NCBI GenBank assembly: GCA_964016885.1
Contig: OZ024763.1
Coordinates: 20,150,001 to 20,214,000 of the forward strand
Origin: Eledone cirrhosa
Taxonomy: Eukaryota
Direction: 5' to 3'
DNA: 64,000 bases
Made by a program: the position numbers and the translations under genes. Positions 44,304 through 58,783 of this stretch are shown here, in pieces. A model generated the notes under the pieces. That model ran no database searches, was not told the origin of the DNA, and saw only the letters and a program-made list of their open reading frames with translations. Each line of letters begins with the position of its first letter. The stretch's first letter is position 1.

Positions 44304-44306
<3 letters not shown>

Positions 44307-44358
<52 letters not shown>

Positions 44359-44872
44359 GTATGTATATATATATATATATAATGTATGTATATATATATA
44401 TATAATGTATGTATATGTATATATATATATATAATGTATGTATATGTATATATATATATATAATGTATGTATGTATATATATATATATATAATGTATGTA
44501 TATGTATATATATATAATGTATGTATATGTATATATATATATATATATATAATGTATGTATATATATATATATATATATAATGTATGTATATATATATAT
44601 ATATATATAATGTATATATATATATATATAATGTATGTATATATATATATATATATAATGTATGTATATATATATATATATAATGTATGTATATGTATAT
44701 ATATATATATATAATGTATGTATATATATATATATATATAATGTATGTATATATATATATATATAATGTATGTATATATATATATATATAATGTATGTAT
44801 ATGTATATATATATATATATAATGTATGTATATATATATATATAATGTATGTATATATATATATAATGTATG

Positions 44873-44904
<32 letters not shown>

Positions 44905-44911
44905 ATGTATG

Positions 44912-44945
<34 letters not shown>

Positions 44946-45155
44946 ATGTATGTATATGTATATACATATATATATATATAATGTATGTATATGTATATAT
45001 ATATATATATATAATGTATGTATATATATATATATATAATGTATGTATATGTATATATATATATATATATAATGTATGTATATATATATATATATATATA
45101 TAATGTATGTATATATATATATATAATGTATATATATATATATATATATATAATG

Positions 45156-45193
<38 letters not shown>

Positions 45194-45481
45194 CATTATA
45201 TATATATAATGTATGTATATATATATATATATAATGTATATATATATATACATACATTATATATATATATAATGTATGTATATATATATATATAATGTAT
45301 ATATATATATATATATATATATAATGTATATATATATATATATAATGTATATATATATATATATAATGTATATATATATATATATAATGTATATATATAT
45401 ATATATATAATGTATATATATATATATATATAATGTATATATATATATATATATAATGTATATATATATATATATATAATG

Positions 45482-45521
<40 letters not shown>

Positions 45522-45530
45522 TATATTTAT
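44307..45530. repeat. (TA)n array punctuated by aatgtatg
   Basis: Read directly from the sequence. Confidence 0.95.
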
Positions 45531-45669
45531 ATATTTATCGCTAATTAAGTGGTAATTACTAACCTAATCACTATCGCTAATTAGACTATTGATTTTGTGT
45601 ATAGATATGTACAGATCGTGAATTGATTATAAGGTTGAAAATTCTGAATATCGATTGGGTTAGGTGATA

Positions 45670-48600
45670 ACCACTGGTGGTGGTGGTGGTGGTGGTGGGA
45701 GTACTTGTGTTGATGGCGATGGTAGTAGTGATGGTGGTAGTGGTGGTGGTGGGAGTACTTGTGTTGATGGCGATGGTAGTAGTGATGGTGGTGGTGGTGG
45801 TGGTTGTGATGGCGTCAACTGTGGTAGTAGTTGGTAGTAGTTGGTAGTAGTTGTAGTATTGATGGTGGTTGTGATGATGGTGGGCGTGGTGGTGTTGATG
45901 GTGTTGATGGTGACGGTGGTGGTGGAGTTGATGGTAGTGGACGTAGCGGTGTTGGTGATGATGATGATGGTGGTGGTGAGGAGGATAGTTTTGATGGTGG
46001 TGGTGCAGGTAATTAGCGTAGTGGTGATGATGATGATGGTGTTGCTGGTGATGATGATGGTGGTGGTGGTGGAGTTGATGGTGGTGGGCGTAGTGGTGTT
46101 GGTGATGGTGGTGTTGCTGGTGATGATGATCGTGGTGGTGGAGTTGATGGTGGTGGGCGTAGTGGTGTTGATGGTGATGGTAATTGGCGTAGTCGTGGTG
46201 ATTATGATGATGATGATGGTGTTGCTGGTGATGGTGGTGGTGGCGGTGTTGCTGGTGGTGGTGATGGTGGTGGTGGAGTTGATGGTGGTGGGCGTAGTGG
46301 TGTTGGTGATGATGGTGATGGTAATTGGCGTAGTCGTGGTGATTATGATGATGATGATGGTGTTGCTGGTGGTGGTGGCGGCGGTGTTGCTGGTGGTGGT
46401 GATGGTGGTGGTGGTAATTGGCGTAGTGGTGGCGGCGATGATGATGATGATGATGGTGTCGCTGGTGATGTTTATGACCATGATGGTGGTGATGTTGGTG
46501 GTTGTGATGGTGGGTGAAGTGGTGGTGATGAGGATGATGGTGACGTTGGTGATGGCGGGGTCGATGGTTGTGTTGGTAATGGTGATGCTGGTGACGACAA
46601 TGGTGCTAGTGATGGTGGTGGGCGAAGTGGTGTTGGTGATGAAGATAATGGTGGTTGTGATGGTGGTTGTGGTGGTGGTTGTGTTGTTGGTTGTGTTGTT
46701 GGTTGTGGTGGTGGTTGTGTTGTTGGTTGTGGTGGTGGTTGTGGTGGTGGTTGTGTTGTTGGTTGTGGTGGTGGTTGTGGTGGTGGTTGTGTTGTTGGTT
46801 GTGGTGGTGGTTGTGGTGGTGGTTGTGTTGTTGGTTGTGTTGTTGGTTGTGGTGGTGGTTGTGTTGTTGGTTGTGGTGGTGGTTGTGTTGTTGGTTGTGT
46901 TGGTGGTTGTGGTGGTTGTGTTGTTGGTTGTGTTGTTGGTTGTGGTGGTGGTTGTGTTGTTGGTTGTGTTGGTGGTTGTGGTGGTTGTGTTGTTGGTTGT
47001 GTTGCTGGTTGTGATGGTTATGTTGTTGGTTGTGATGGTGGTTGTGATGGTGGTTGTGATGGTGGTTGTGTTGTTGGTTGTGATGGTGGTTGTGATGGTT
47101 GTGTTGTTGGTTGTGATGGTGGTTGTGATGGTTGTGTTGTTGGTTGTGTTGTTGGTTGTGATGGTGGTTGTGATGGTTGTGTTGTTGTGTTGTTGGTTGT
47201 GATGGTGGTTGTGATGGTTGTGTTGTTGTGTTGTTGGTTGTGATGGTGGTTGTGATGGTGGTTGTGGTGGTTGTGTTGTTGGTTGTGATGGTGGTTGTGA
47301 TGGTTGTGTTGTTGGTTGTGATGGTGGTTGTGGTGGTTGTGTTGTTGGTTGTGATGGTGGTTGTGATGGTTGTGTTGTTGGTTGTGATGGTGGTTGTGAT
47401 GGTGGTTGTGATGGTTGTGTTGTTGTGTTGTTGGTTGTGATGGTGGTTGTGATGGTTGTGTTGTTGTGTTGTTGGTTGTGATGGTGGTTGTGATGGTGGT
47501 TGTGGTGGTTGTGTTGTTGGTTGTGATGGTGGTTGTGATGGTTGTGTTGTTGGTTGTGATGGTGGTTGTGGTGGTTGTGTTGTTGGTTGTGATGGTGGTT
47601 GTGATGGTTGTGTTGTTGGTTGTGATGGTGGTTGTGATGGTTGTGTTGTTGGTTGTGATGGTGGTTGTGGTGGTTGTGTTGTTGGTTGTGTTGGTGGTTG
47701 TGATGGTGGTTGTGATGGTTGTGTTGTTGGTTGTGATGGTGGTTGTGATGGTTGTGTTGTTTGTGTTGTTGGTTGTGATGGTGGTTGTGATGGTTGTGTT
47801 GTTGGTTGTGATGGTGGTTGTGTTGTTGGTTGTGATGGTGGTTGTGATGGTTGTGTTGTTGGTTGTGATGGTGGTTGTGGTGGTTGTGTTGTTGGTTGTG
47901 TTGGTGGTTGTGATGGTGGTTGTGATGGTTGTGTTGTTGGTTGTGATGGTGGTTGTGATGGTTGTGTTGTTGGTTGTGATGGTGGTTGTGGTGGTTGTGT
48001 TGTTGGTTGTGTTGTTGGTTGTGTTGTTGGTTGTGATGGTGGTTGTGGTGGTTGTGTTGTTGGTTGTGATGGTGGTTGTGATGGTTGTGTTGTTGGTTGT
48101 GATGGTGGTTGTGGTGGTGGTTGTGATGGTGGTTGTGATGGTTGTGTTGTTGTGTTGTTGGTTGTGATGGTGGTTGTGATGGTTGTGTTGTTGTGTTGTT
48201 GGTTGTGATGGTGGTTGTGATGGTGGTTGTGGTGGTTGTGTTGTTGGTTGTGATGGTGGTTGTGATGGTTGTGTTGTTGGTTGTGATGGTGGTTGTGGTG
48301 GTTGTGTTGTTGGTTGTGATGGTGGTTGTGATGGTTGTGTTGTTGGTTGTGATGGTGGTTGTGATGGTGGTTGTGATGGTTGTGTTGTTGTGTTGTTGGT
48401 TGTGATGGTGGTTGTGATGGTTGTGTTGTTGTGTTGTTGGTTGTGATGGTGGTTGTGATGGTGGTTGTGGTGGTTGTGTTGTTGGTTGTGATGGTGGTTG
48501 TGATGGTTGTGTTGTTGGTTGTGATGGTGGTTGTGGTGGTTGTGTTGTTGGTTGTGATGGTGGTTGTGATGGTTGTGTTGTTGGTTGTGATGGTGGTTGT

Positions 48601-51600
48601 GATGGTTGTGTTGTTGGTTGTGATGGTGGTTGTGGTGGTTGTGTTGTTGGTTGTGTTGGTGGTTGTGATGGTGGTTGTGATGGTTGTGTTGTTGGTTGTG
48701 ATGGTGGTTGTGATGGTTGTGTTGTTTGTGTTGTTGGTTGTGATGGTGGTTGTGATGGTTGTGTTGTTGGTTGTGATGGTGGTTGTGTTGTTGGTTGTGA
48801 TGGTGGTTGTGATGGTTGTGTTGTTGGTTGTGATGGTGGTTGTGGTGGTTGTGTTGTTGGTTGTGTTGGTGGTTGTGATGGTGGTTGTGATGGTTGTGTT
48901 GTTGGTTGTGATGGTGGTTGTGATGGTTGTGTTGTTGGTTGTGATGGTGGTTGTGGTGGTTGTGTTGTTGGTTGTGTTGTTGGTTGTGTTGTTGGTTGTG
49001 ATGGTGGTTGTGGTGGTTGTGTTGTTGGTTGTGATGGTGGTTGTGATGGTTGTGTTGTTGGTTGTGATGGTGGTTGTGGTGGTTGTGTTGTTGGTTGTGA
49101 TGGTGGTTGTGGTGGTTGTGTTGTTGGTTGTGATGGTGGTTGTGATGGTTGTGTTGTTGGTTGTGATGGTGGTTGTGATGGTTGTGTTGTTGGTTGTGAT
49201 GGTGGTTGTGGTGGTTGTGTTGTTGGTTGTGTTGTTGGTTGTGTTGTTGGTTGTGATGGTGGTTGTGGTGGTTGTGTTGTTGGTTGTGATGGTGGTTGTG
49301 ATGGTTGTGTTGTTGGTTGTGATGGTGGTTGTGGTGGTTGTGTTGTTGGTTGTGATGGTGGTTGTGATGGTTGTGTTGTTGGTTGTGATGGTGGTTGTGA
49401 TGGTTGTGTTGTTGGTTGTGATGGTGGTTGTGGTGGTTGTGTTGTTGGTTGTGTTGGTGGTTGTGATGGTGGTTGTGATGGTTGTGTTGTTGGTTGTGAT
49501 GGTGGTTGTGATGGTTGTGTTGTTTGTGTTGTTGGTTGTGATGGTGGTTGTGATGGTTGTGTTGTTGGTTGTGATGGTGGTTGTGTTGTTGGTTGTGATG
49601 GTGGTTGTGATGGTTGTGTTGTTGGTTGTGATGGTGGTTGTGGTGGTTGTGTTGTTGGTTGTGTTGGTGGTTGTGATGGTGGTTGTGATGGTTGTGTTGT
49701 TGGTTGTGATGGTGGTTGTGATGGTTGTGTTGTTTGTGTTGTTGGTTGTGATGGTGGTTGTGATGGTTGTGTTGTTGGTTGTGATGTTGGTTGTGATAGT
49801 TGTGTTGTTGGTTGTGTTGTTGGTTGGGATGGTGGTTGTGGTGGTTGTGTTGTTGGTTGTGTTGTTGGTTGTGATGGTGGTTGTGATGGTTGTGTTGTTG
49901 GTTGTGATGGTGGTTGTGTTGTTGGTTGTGATGGTGGTTGTGATGGTTGTGTTGTTGGTTGTGATGGTGGTTGTGGTGGTTGTGTTGTTTGTGTTGTTGG
50001 TTGTGATGGTGGTTGTGATGGTTGTGTTGTTGGTTGTGTTGGTGGTTGTGATGGTGGTTGTGATGGTTGTGTTGTTGGTTGTGATGGTTGTGTTGTTGGT
50101 TGTGATGGTTGTGATGGTTGTGTTGTTGGTTGTGTTGTTGGTTGTGTTGTTGGTTGTGATGGTTGTGTTGTTGGTTGTGATGGTTGTGTTGTTGGTTGTG
50201 TTGTTGGTTGTGTTGGTTGTGTTTTGTGGTTGTAATGGTTGTGTTGTAATGGTTGTGTTGTTGGTTGTGTTGTTGGTTGTGTTGTTGGTTGTGATGGTTG
50301 TGTTGTTGTGTTGTTGGTTGTGTTGTTGGTTGTGATGGTGGTTGTGATGGTGGTTGTGTTGTTGGTTGTGTTGTTGGTTGTGTTGTTGGTTGTGTTGTTG
50401 GTTGTGATGGTGGTTGTGATGGTTGTGTTGTTGGTTGTGATGGTGGTTGTGGTGGTTGTGTTGTTGGTTGTGATGGTGGTTGTGATGGTTGTGTTGTTGG
50501 TTGTGATGGTGGTTGTGATGGTTGTGTTGTTGGTTGTGATGGTGGTTGTGGTGGTTGTGTTGTTGGTTGTGTTGGTGGTTGTGATGGTGGTTGTGATGGT
50601 TGTGTTGTTGGTTGTGATGGTGGTTGTGATGGTTGTGTTGTTTGTGTTGTTGGTTGTGATGGTGGTTGTGATGGTTGTGTTGTTGGTTGTGATGGTGGTT
50701 GTGTTGTTGGTTGTGATGGTGGTTGTGATGGTTGTGTTGTTGGTTGTGATGGTGGTTGTGGTGGTTGTGTTGTTGGTTGTGTTGGTGGTTGTGATGGTGG
50801 TTGTGATGGTTGTGTTGTTGGTTGTGATGGTGGTTGTGATGGTTGTGTTGTTTGTGTTGTTGGTTGTGATGGTGGTTGTGATGGTTGTGTTGTTGGTTGT
50901 GATGGTGGTTGTGTTGTTGGTTGTGATGGTGGTTGTGATGGTTGTGTTGTTGGTTGTGATGTTGGTTGTGATGGTTGTGTTGTTGGTTGTGTTGTTGGTT
51001 GGGATGGTGGTTGTGGTGGTTGTGTTGTTGGTTGTGTTGTTGGTTGTGTTGTTGGTTGTGATGGTGGTTGTGATGGTTGTGTTGTTGGTTGTGTTGGTGG
51101 TTGTGATGGTGGTTGTGATGGTTGTGTTGTTGGTTGTGATGGTTGTGTTGTTGGTTGTGATGGTTGTGTTGTTGGTTGTGTTGTTGGTTGTGTTGTTGGT
51201 TGTGATGGTTGTGTTGTTGGTTGTGATGGTTGTGTTGTTGGTTGTGTTGTTGGTTGTGTTGGTTGTGTTTTGTGGTTGTAATGGTTGTGTTGTAATGGTT
51301 GTGTTGTTGGTTGTGTTGTTGGTTGTGTTGTTGGTTGTGTTGTTGGTTGTGATGGTTGTGTTGTTGGTTGTGTTGTTGGTTGTGTTGTTGGTTGTGATGG
51401 TTGTGTTGTTGGTTGTGATGGTGGTGATGGTGACGGATGAAAATACTGGTGATAATTATATACTGAGGATTTTGTTGATGGCGATGGTGGTGGTGGTGAT
51501 GGTGGTGGTGGATATAGTGATGATGGTGATGATGGTGGTGGTGGTGGTGATGATAATGGTGGTGGACATAGTGATGATGGTGCTGGTGGTGATGGTGGTG

Positions 51601-51740
51601 ATGAGGGTGATGGTGGTAATGGTGGTGGTGGGCGTAAGAGGTGGATGACAGTGGTGGTGGGCGTAGAGAGGTGGATGACGGTGATGGTGAGGACTTTTTG
51701 ATGTTGATGATGATGGCGGCGGTGGCTACGATGGCGGGGG
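45670..51740. repeat. 6-kb (GGT/GTT/GAT) compound satellite with higher-order duplications
   Basis: Units such as ggttgtgatggtggttgtgatggttgtgttgtt. Blocks recur, for example 47177 and 48142. Confidence 0.95.
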
Positions 51741-51934
51741 TGGGGAGATGCCTACAACAACAACGTGAATAATTATTACACACATACGGCTATATATGTG
51801 TGTGTATATGGTTTTATATATACACACATATATATACATACATACACACACAATATAGGCGTTATTTGTATTATAACACACACAGTTCAACAGTTACACA
51901 CATACACACACGGCTATATACGTGTATGTGGTGT

Positions 51935-51983
<49 letters not shown>

Positions 51984-53059
51984 GATATAGGCGTTGTGTG
52001 TAAAAGAGGTGTACATTGTGTTTGTCACCCCAGTTGTAATTACATGTATGTAGGTGTGTATGTATGTGTGTATGTGTGTGTAATTACATGTTCGTAGCTA
52101 TGTACGTATGTGTAATTACATGTTTATATCTGTGTGCGTGTGTGTGTGTCAACCTGTGTATATGTGTATATCTTAAGCATATACTTAATACATTTTTACA
52201 CACACACACGCACACACTTACATACACACACGCACACACACATGTCCATACATACACACCTATATATTATTTACATTCATTCATTCGTACATATATATAT
52301 ATATATTACACATACGTAATACGTACGCATACAAACATACATACTCAAATACACACTCACATACATACACACACACATACATACACACTCACATACATAC
52401 ACACTCACATACATACACACTCACATACATACACACTCACATACATACACACTCACATACATACACACTCACATACAATGATGCACACTCACATACAGAC
52501 AGACACACACATACATGCACAAACACATACACACACACGCGCGTATAATGAGAAAGGAGAAACATCGGATATAGATAGGGAAGTGGTGGGGGAGGGAGTG
52601 TTGATTAGCGGGGGTGGGGTGTAATGAGGTGAGATGGTAAATTGGATGAAACAGAAGACACGGATAGAAGAATGAGGTAGAAAGACGGAGGGGGGGGGTT
52701 TAAGACTGAAGGTATGAAGGCGACGATGGGGAAAAAGGAATCGGATGGAAGGTATGAAGGCGGGGGTGGGGGGGGGAGGAATCGGATTGAAGGTATGAAG
52801 GCGAAGGCGGGGGAAAAAGGAGGGGTATGGAGAGCAATGAAGGCGAAGGCGGGGAGTGGGCGAGGGGGGGGGGGGTCGGATGGAAGGTATGGAGACGCCG
52901 ACGGGGGTGGGGGTGGAAAGGAACCGGATGGAAGACATGGAACCGGATGGAAATCAAGAAGACGATGGGGTGGGGTGGGGGAAGATGGAATGTATGAAGG
53001 CGACGGCGAGGAAAAGGAGGGGGATGGAAGGCGAAGGCGGGGAAAAGAGAATCGGATGG

Positions 53060-55623
53060 GAGGTATGAAGGGGATGGCGGGGGTGTGAGATGGAAGGTAT
53101 GAAGGGGGTGGCGGGGGTGTGAGATGGAAGGTATGAAGGGGGTGGCGGGGGTATGAGATGGAAGGTATGAAGGGGATGGCGGGGGTATGAGATGGAAGGT
53201 ATGAAGGGGGGTGGCGGGGGTATGAGATGGAAGGTATGAAGACGTAGGCGGGGGTATGAGATGGAAGGTATGAAGACGTAGGCGGGGGTATGAGATGGAA
53301 GGTATGAAGGGGATGGCGGGGGTATGAGATGGAAGGTATGAAGGGGATGGCGGGGGTATGAGATGGAAGGTAAGAAGGGGGTGGCGGGGTATGAGATGGA
53401 AGGTAAGAAGGGGATGGCGGGGTATGAGATGGAAGGTATGAAGGGGATGGCGGGGGTATGAGATGGAAGGTAAGAAGGGGGTGGCGGGGTATGAGATGGA
53501 AGGTAAGAAGGGGATGGCGGGGTATGAGATGGAAGGTATGAAGGGGATGGCGGGGGTATGAGATGGAAGGTAAGAAGGGGATGGCGGGGGTATGAGATGG
53601 AAGGTATGAAGGGGATGGCGGGGGTATGAGATGGAAGGTATGAAGACGTAGGCGGGGGTATGAGATGGAAGGTATGAAGACGTAGGCGGGGGTATGAGAT
53701 GGAAGGTATGAAGGGGATGGCGGGGGTATGAGATGGAAGGTATGAAGGGGATGGCGGGGGTATGAGATGGAAGGTAAGAAGGGGGTGGCGGGGTATGAGA
53801 TGGAAGGTAAGAAGGGGATGGCGGGGTATGAGATGGAAGGTATGAAGGGGATGGCGGGGGTATGAGATGGAAGGTAAGAAGGGGGTGGCGGGGTATGAGA
53901 TGGAAGGTAAGAAGGGGATGGCGGGGTATGAGATGGAAGGTATGAAGGGGATGGCGGGGGTATGAGATGGAAGGTAAGAAGGGGATGGCGGGGGTATGAG
54001 ATGGAAGGTATGAAGGGGATGGCGGGGGTATGAGATGGAAGGTATGAAGGGGATGGCGGGGGTATGAGATGGAAGGTAAGAAGGGGGTGGCGGGGTATGA
54101 GATGGAAGGTAAGAAGGGGATGGCGGGGTATGAGATGGAAGGTATGAAGGGGATGGCGGGGGTATGAGATGGAAGGTAAGAAGGGGATGGCGGGGGTATG
54201 AGATGGAAGGTATGAAGGGGATGGCGGGGGTATGAGATGGAAGGTATGAAGGGGATGGCGGGGGTATGAGATGGAAGGTAAGAAGGGGGTGGCGGGGTAT
54301 GAGATGGAAGGTAAGAAGGGGATGGCGGGGTATGAGATGGAAGGTATGAAGGGGATGGCGGGGGTATGAGATGGAAGGTAAGAAGGGGGTGGCGGGGTAT
54401 GAGATGGAAGGTAAGAAGGGGGTGGCGGGGTATGAGATGGAAGGTAAGAAGGGGATGGCGGGGTATGAGATGGAAGGTAAGAAGGGGATGGCGGGGGTAT
54501 GAGATGGAAGGTAAGAAGGGGGTGGCGGGGTATGAGATGGAAGGTAAGAAGGGGATGGCGGGGGTATGAGATGGAAGGTATGAAGGGGATGGCGGGGGTA
54601 TGAGATGGAAGGTATGAAGGGGATGGCGGGGGTATGAGATGGAAGGTATGAAGGGGATGGCGGGGGTATGAGATGGAAGGTAAGAAGGGGGTGGCGGGGG
54701 TATGAGATGGAAGGTATGAAGGGGATGGCGGGGGTATGAGATGGAAGGTATGAAGGGGATGGCGGGGGTATGAGATGGAAGGTATGAAGACGTAGGCGGG
54801 GGTATGAGATGGAAGGTATGAAGGGGATGGCGGGGGTATGAGATGGAAGGTATGAAGACGTAGGCGGGGGTATGAGATGGAAGGTATGAAGACGTAGGCG
54901 GGGGTATGAGATGGAAGGTATGAAGGGGATGGCGGGGGTATGAGATGGAAGGTATGAAGACGTAGGCGGGGGTATGAGATGGAAGGTATGAAGACGTAGG
55001 CGGGGGTATGAGATGGGAGGTATGAAGGGGATGGCGGGGGTATGAGATGGAAGGTATGAAGGGGATGGCGGGGGTATGAGATGGAAGGTATGAAGGGGTT
55101 GGCGGGGGTATGAGATGGAAGGTATGAAGGGGATGGCGGGGGTATGAGATGGGAGGTATGAAGGGGATGGCGGGGTATGAGATGGAAGGTATGAAGGGGT
55201 TGGCGGGGGTATGAGATGGAAGGTATGAAGGGGATGGCGGGGGTATGAGATGGAAGGTATGAAGGGGTTGGCGGGGTATGAGATGGAAGGTAAGAAAGGG
55301 ATGGCGGGGGTATGAGATGGAAGGTATGAAGACGTAGGCGGGGGTATGAGATGGAAGGTATGAAGGGGTTGGCGGGGGTATGAGATGGAAGGTATGAAGG
55401 GGATGGCGGGGGTATGAGATGGAAGGTATGAAGGGGTTGGCGGGGTATGAGATGGAAGGTAAGAAAGGGATGGCGGGGGTATGAGATGGAAGGTATGAAG
55501 ACGTAGGCGGGGGTATGAGATGGAAGGTATGAAGACGTAGGCGGGGGTATGAGATGGAAGGTATGAAGGGGATGGCGGGGGTATGAGATGGAAGGTATGA
55601 AGGGGATGGCGGGGGTATGAGAT
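53060..55623. repeat. 33-34 bp purine/G-rich minisatellite, ~75 copies
   Basis: Unit gggggtatgagatggaaggtatgaaggggatggc with variants. Confidence 0.97.
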
Positions 55624-55967
55624 GAAGGGCTTCTCTAAAATATGCTTCAATTATGATATTATTAGTAACTAAATTGTTGTCCATGAGAAGTTTCCAGAGA
55701 ATTTTCGAAGGAAATGGAAAGAATTGGAAAGAAGCTAATGAATGCATATATAACTAAAGACCTTTCGATTATGTTAAGATTAATTTCCCATCGGTTGTTT
55801 TGTTTGTAAAAGAGCGTCTTACATTGCTGGCATCTATAATCGATTTTTGAGTGGGAAACATTTATAATTGACTTTAATAGGCCGGGGAAAAAAGTTAAAA
55901 ATGGAAGATATAAAGGTAACAAGGAAACGTCAAATAATAATGATGATGATGATAATAATAATAATAA

Positions 55968-56320
55968 TATTGTAGATGTAGCCTGCCCATTTGACACGAG
56001 AGTGCAAGAAAAGGAGAGGGAGGAAATTAATCGATACCAGGATTTAAAGTGGGAGTTAAAATGGATTTGGAACTGTCATGAGATCAAGGTCGTCCCGATT
56101 GTCATAGGAGCACTAGGTACTATCTCAAGGATTTTCCAAGGATGGTTAAAGAAGATTAGTCTAGTCCCGTCTTTTGGAACACTTCAAAAGCATGCTTGCT
56201 GGGAACAGCAAGAACCCTCCGATACGTCCTGAATGTCTGAAGCTGCAGGTAGCGGCTTGATATTCATTTCAACAAACTTTCTAGTTAAATAACATCAATG
56301 ACTGAGACTCAAAGAATAAC
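55968..56320 (+). mobile_element. R4/Dong-like (RLE) LINE 3' fragment between (TAA)n tracts
   Basis: IVDVACPFD..EKE..RYQDL..ELK.IW...VVPIVIGALG. Ends in (aat)n. Confidence 0.8.
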
Positions 56321-56339
56321 AATAATAATAATAATAATA

Positions 56340-56602
56340 TATCCACAAACATGATAGAGTTGGGACCTTTATACACTGGAAGTTATGCCAACATTATGAA
56401 ATACCAACAGAAAAAAGATGGTACAAACACATACCAGAGAAAGTGGCAGAGAATGACAAAGCAACTATTCTCTGGGATATGCCAATACATACAGACAGAG
56501 AGACCAACCGATCAAATATTGTAGTGAACGACCACAAAACAAAAAATGCCTTCTAATAGATGTATCAATCCCCACAGACGACAATATATCTTCCAAGGAA
56601 AT
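56340..56602 (+). mobile_element. Second R4/Dong-like LINE fragment
   Basis: Manual translation: HDRVGTFIHWKLCQHYEI..WYKHIPEKVAENDKATILWDMPIHTDR..CLLIDVSIP. Confidence 0.78.
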
Positions 56603-56689
56603 AGCGGGGGGGGGGGCGTATCAGGAGGTGCTGCGTAGTCTGTGGTTCGATACGGCAGTCACACAACGTCTCCATACTTTAAATATCTC

Positions 56690-56815
56690 AGCTAAGTGGA
56701 TTGAAACAACGTGAAATGAAGTGTCTTGCTTTAGGACACAATGTTGTCACAGGAATCGAACTTACAACCTTACGATAGTGAACCAAATACCCTAACCACG
56801 AAGCCACAAACATTC
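56690..56815 (-). mobile_element. CORE-type SINE (family B), diverged
   Basis: - strand reads tggcttcgtggtt, gttcgattcc, ttgtgtcctaaagcaagacactt. Confidence 0.65.
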
Positions 56816-57099
56816 ACTTAGAAGCAATATAGAGAAAGGAACAACCGAATAATGTTAGACTTTTGTGAAAAATTCTTGTAAAGGATTAATTTACTTAGAT
56901 ACACATCCCCATGAGAAACCTTTAAGATCCTTCCCGAAATGGTTTTTATTCTAATGGAAATGGAATGGTGGATAACATTTACTTCTTGGATAAATATAAT
57001 TTATCCAGTTAACCCCTCTAATACGAAACAGCTATTAGTCCTGCAATACAAAACCTGTTTCTTTTAAAGTGTTTATATTCATCTCAAAACCTTCCACCT

Positions 57100-58150
57100 T
57101 CTATTGTATTCCAAACACCAGCTTATCTCAAAACCTTCCTTCTATTATGTTCCAAACATCAGCTTAATAATGAGAAAGTTAGTTGTACTACCAAATCCTT
57201 CCAAATATGGCAATGAAAGGGTTAGAGTGTCTATAATTATCTCAAAACCTTCCTTCTATTATGTTCCAAACATCAGCTTAATAATGAGAAAGTTAGTTGT
57301 ACTACCAAATCCTTCCAAATATGGCAATGAAAGGGTTAGAGTGTCTATAATTATCTCAAAACTTCCCATCATAACTTTGTTTAGGAACCTTCTATGTTCC
57401 AAACACCAGCTTGATTAAAAGAAAGTTGGTTAGATTATTAAATCCTTCCAAATTCTTGATTATTAGAAATATGGGAATGAAAGGGTTAAAGATTTTATGT
57501 TTATCTAAAATCTTCCCATCATAATTTTATATAAGAACCTTCGTTAAGTTATGCCCCAAACACCAGCTAAATGAGAAAGCTGGTTATATTACTGAACCCC
57601 CTCCAAACATGGTAACGAAAGGGTTAAAGTATTTTTATATTTATCTAAAAACTTCCCATCACAATTTTGTATAATAATCTTCGTTAAGTTATGTTCCAAA
57701 CACCAGCTATCTATCCAGAAACTTCCCATCGTAATTCTATATAATAACCTTCGTTAAGTTATGTTCCGAACACCAGCTATCTATCCAAAACCCTCCCATC
57801 GTAATTCTATAAAATAATCTTCGTTAAGTTATGTTCCAAACACCAGCTATCTATCCAGAAACTTCCCATCATAATTCTATAAAATAATCTTCGTTAAGTT
57901 ATGTTCCAAACACCAGCTATCTATCCAGAAACTTCCCATCGTAATTCTATATAATAACCTTCGTTAAGTTATGTTCCAAACACCAGCTATCTATCCCGAA
58001 CCCTCCCATCTTAATTCTATATAATAACCTTCGTTAAGTTATGTTCCAAACACCAGCTATCTATCCAAAACCCTCCCATCATAATTCTATAAAATAACCT
58101 TCGTTAAGTTATGTTCCAAACACCAGCTATCTATCTAAAAACCTCCCATC
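57100..58150. repeat. Tandem repeats: 114-bp duplication (57123/57237) and 70-bp x ~7 (57640-58150)
   Basis: caccagctat recurs at 57701, 57771, 57841, 57911, 57981, 58051 and 58121. Confidence 0.9.
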
Positions 58151-58154
58151 ACAC

Positions 58155-58370
58155 CAGTCGCTCTCGGACAGGTTTGCGGTTGTGCCCTTGGCAGTGAAGA
58201 CTTCTGGTGTCCTTGGCCCTAGGGCTACCTTCCTACTCCCCACCATAAGCGCAGAGCTGATCAGCCGCAGGTGTGATCCTTGCCAGATGGAATGGCTGCT
58301 ATTCCAGCGCATCTCCCTCCCCATCCTCCGGGGAAACGCCTTCTCCATTCTGTCCGCCGAGACTGTGGGG
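58155..58370 (+). pseudogene. CRE-clade LINE restriction-like endonuclease C-terminal fragment
   Basis: LSDRFAVVPLAVKTSGVLGP...DP...WLLFQRISLPILRGNAFSIL. Confidence 0.7.
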
Positions 58371-58594
58371 CGGCGAGCAGGTGGGGCCCCATTTGCTCAC
58401 TACACAGAGAGGTGGGGAGGGTGAGAGAGATAGGGGCGATGACGGTGGGAGTTCGGCTCTTCCGTGTTCGGACACCATTGCACCTGTCAAGAGTGTATTT
58501 ACTTGTGACGAACATTGTCAATTCCTATGGAAACATGTTGAAGTCCCAATTTTTGTCAATCATATATTTTTAATTATTTTAGCCATTCTATATA

Positions 58595-58783
58595 ATTATT
58601 TCTACTTTTGGCACAAAGCCAGCAATTACCCCAGTGCATTACTGGTACTTTATTTTATCGACCCCGTAAGGATGAAAGGCAAAGTAAACCTCGGCGGGAT
58701 TTGAACTCAGACCATAAAAGGCCGTAACTCTTTGCTGTAAAGCATGGCGTCCGACCCTCTACCAATACTGCCAATCCACCGCC
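58595..58783 (-). mobile_element. SINE family A
   Basis: Full SINE body with A and B boxes. Confidence 0.88.

Noticed and set aside
45660-51783. 1725-aa His/Asn/Thr ORF and Cys-Gly-rich ORFs (metallothionein- or mucin-like)
   Set aside because: This is a stop-poor trinucleotide-based satellite open in most frames, with no codon-position signal or unique domain.
52700-55747. 1015-aa and 898-aa Pro-rich ORFs
   Set aside because: The 33/34-bp unit cycles through frames, so these are minisatellite artefacts.
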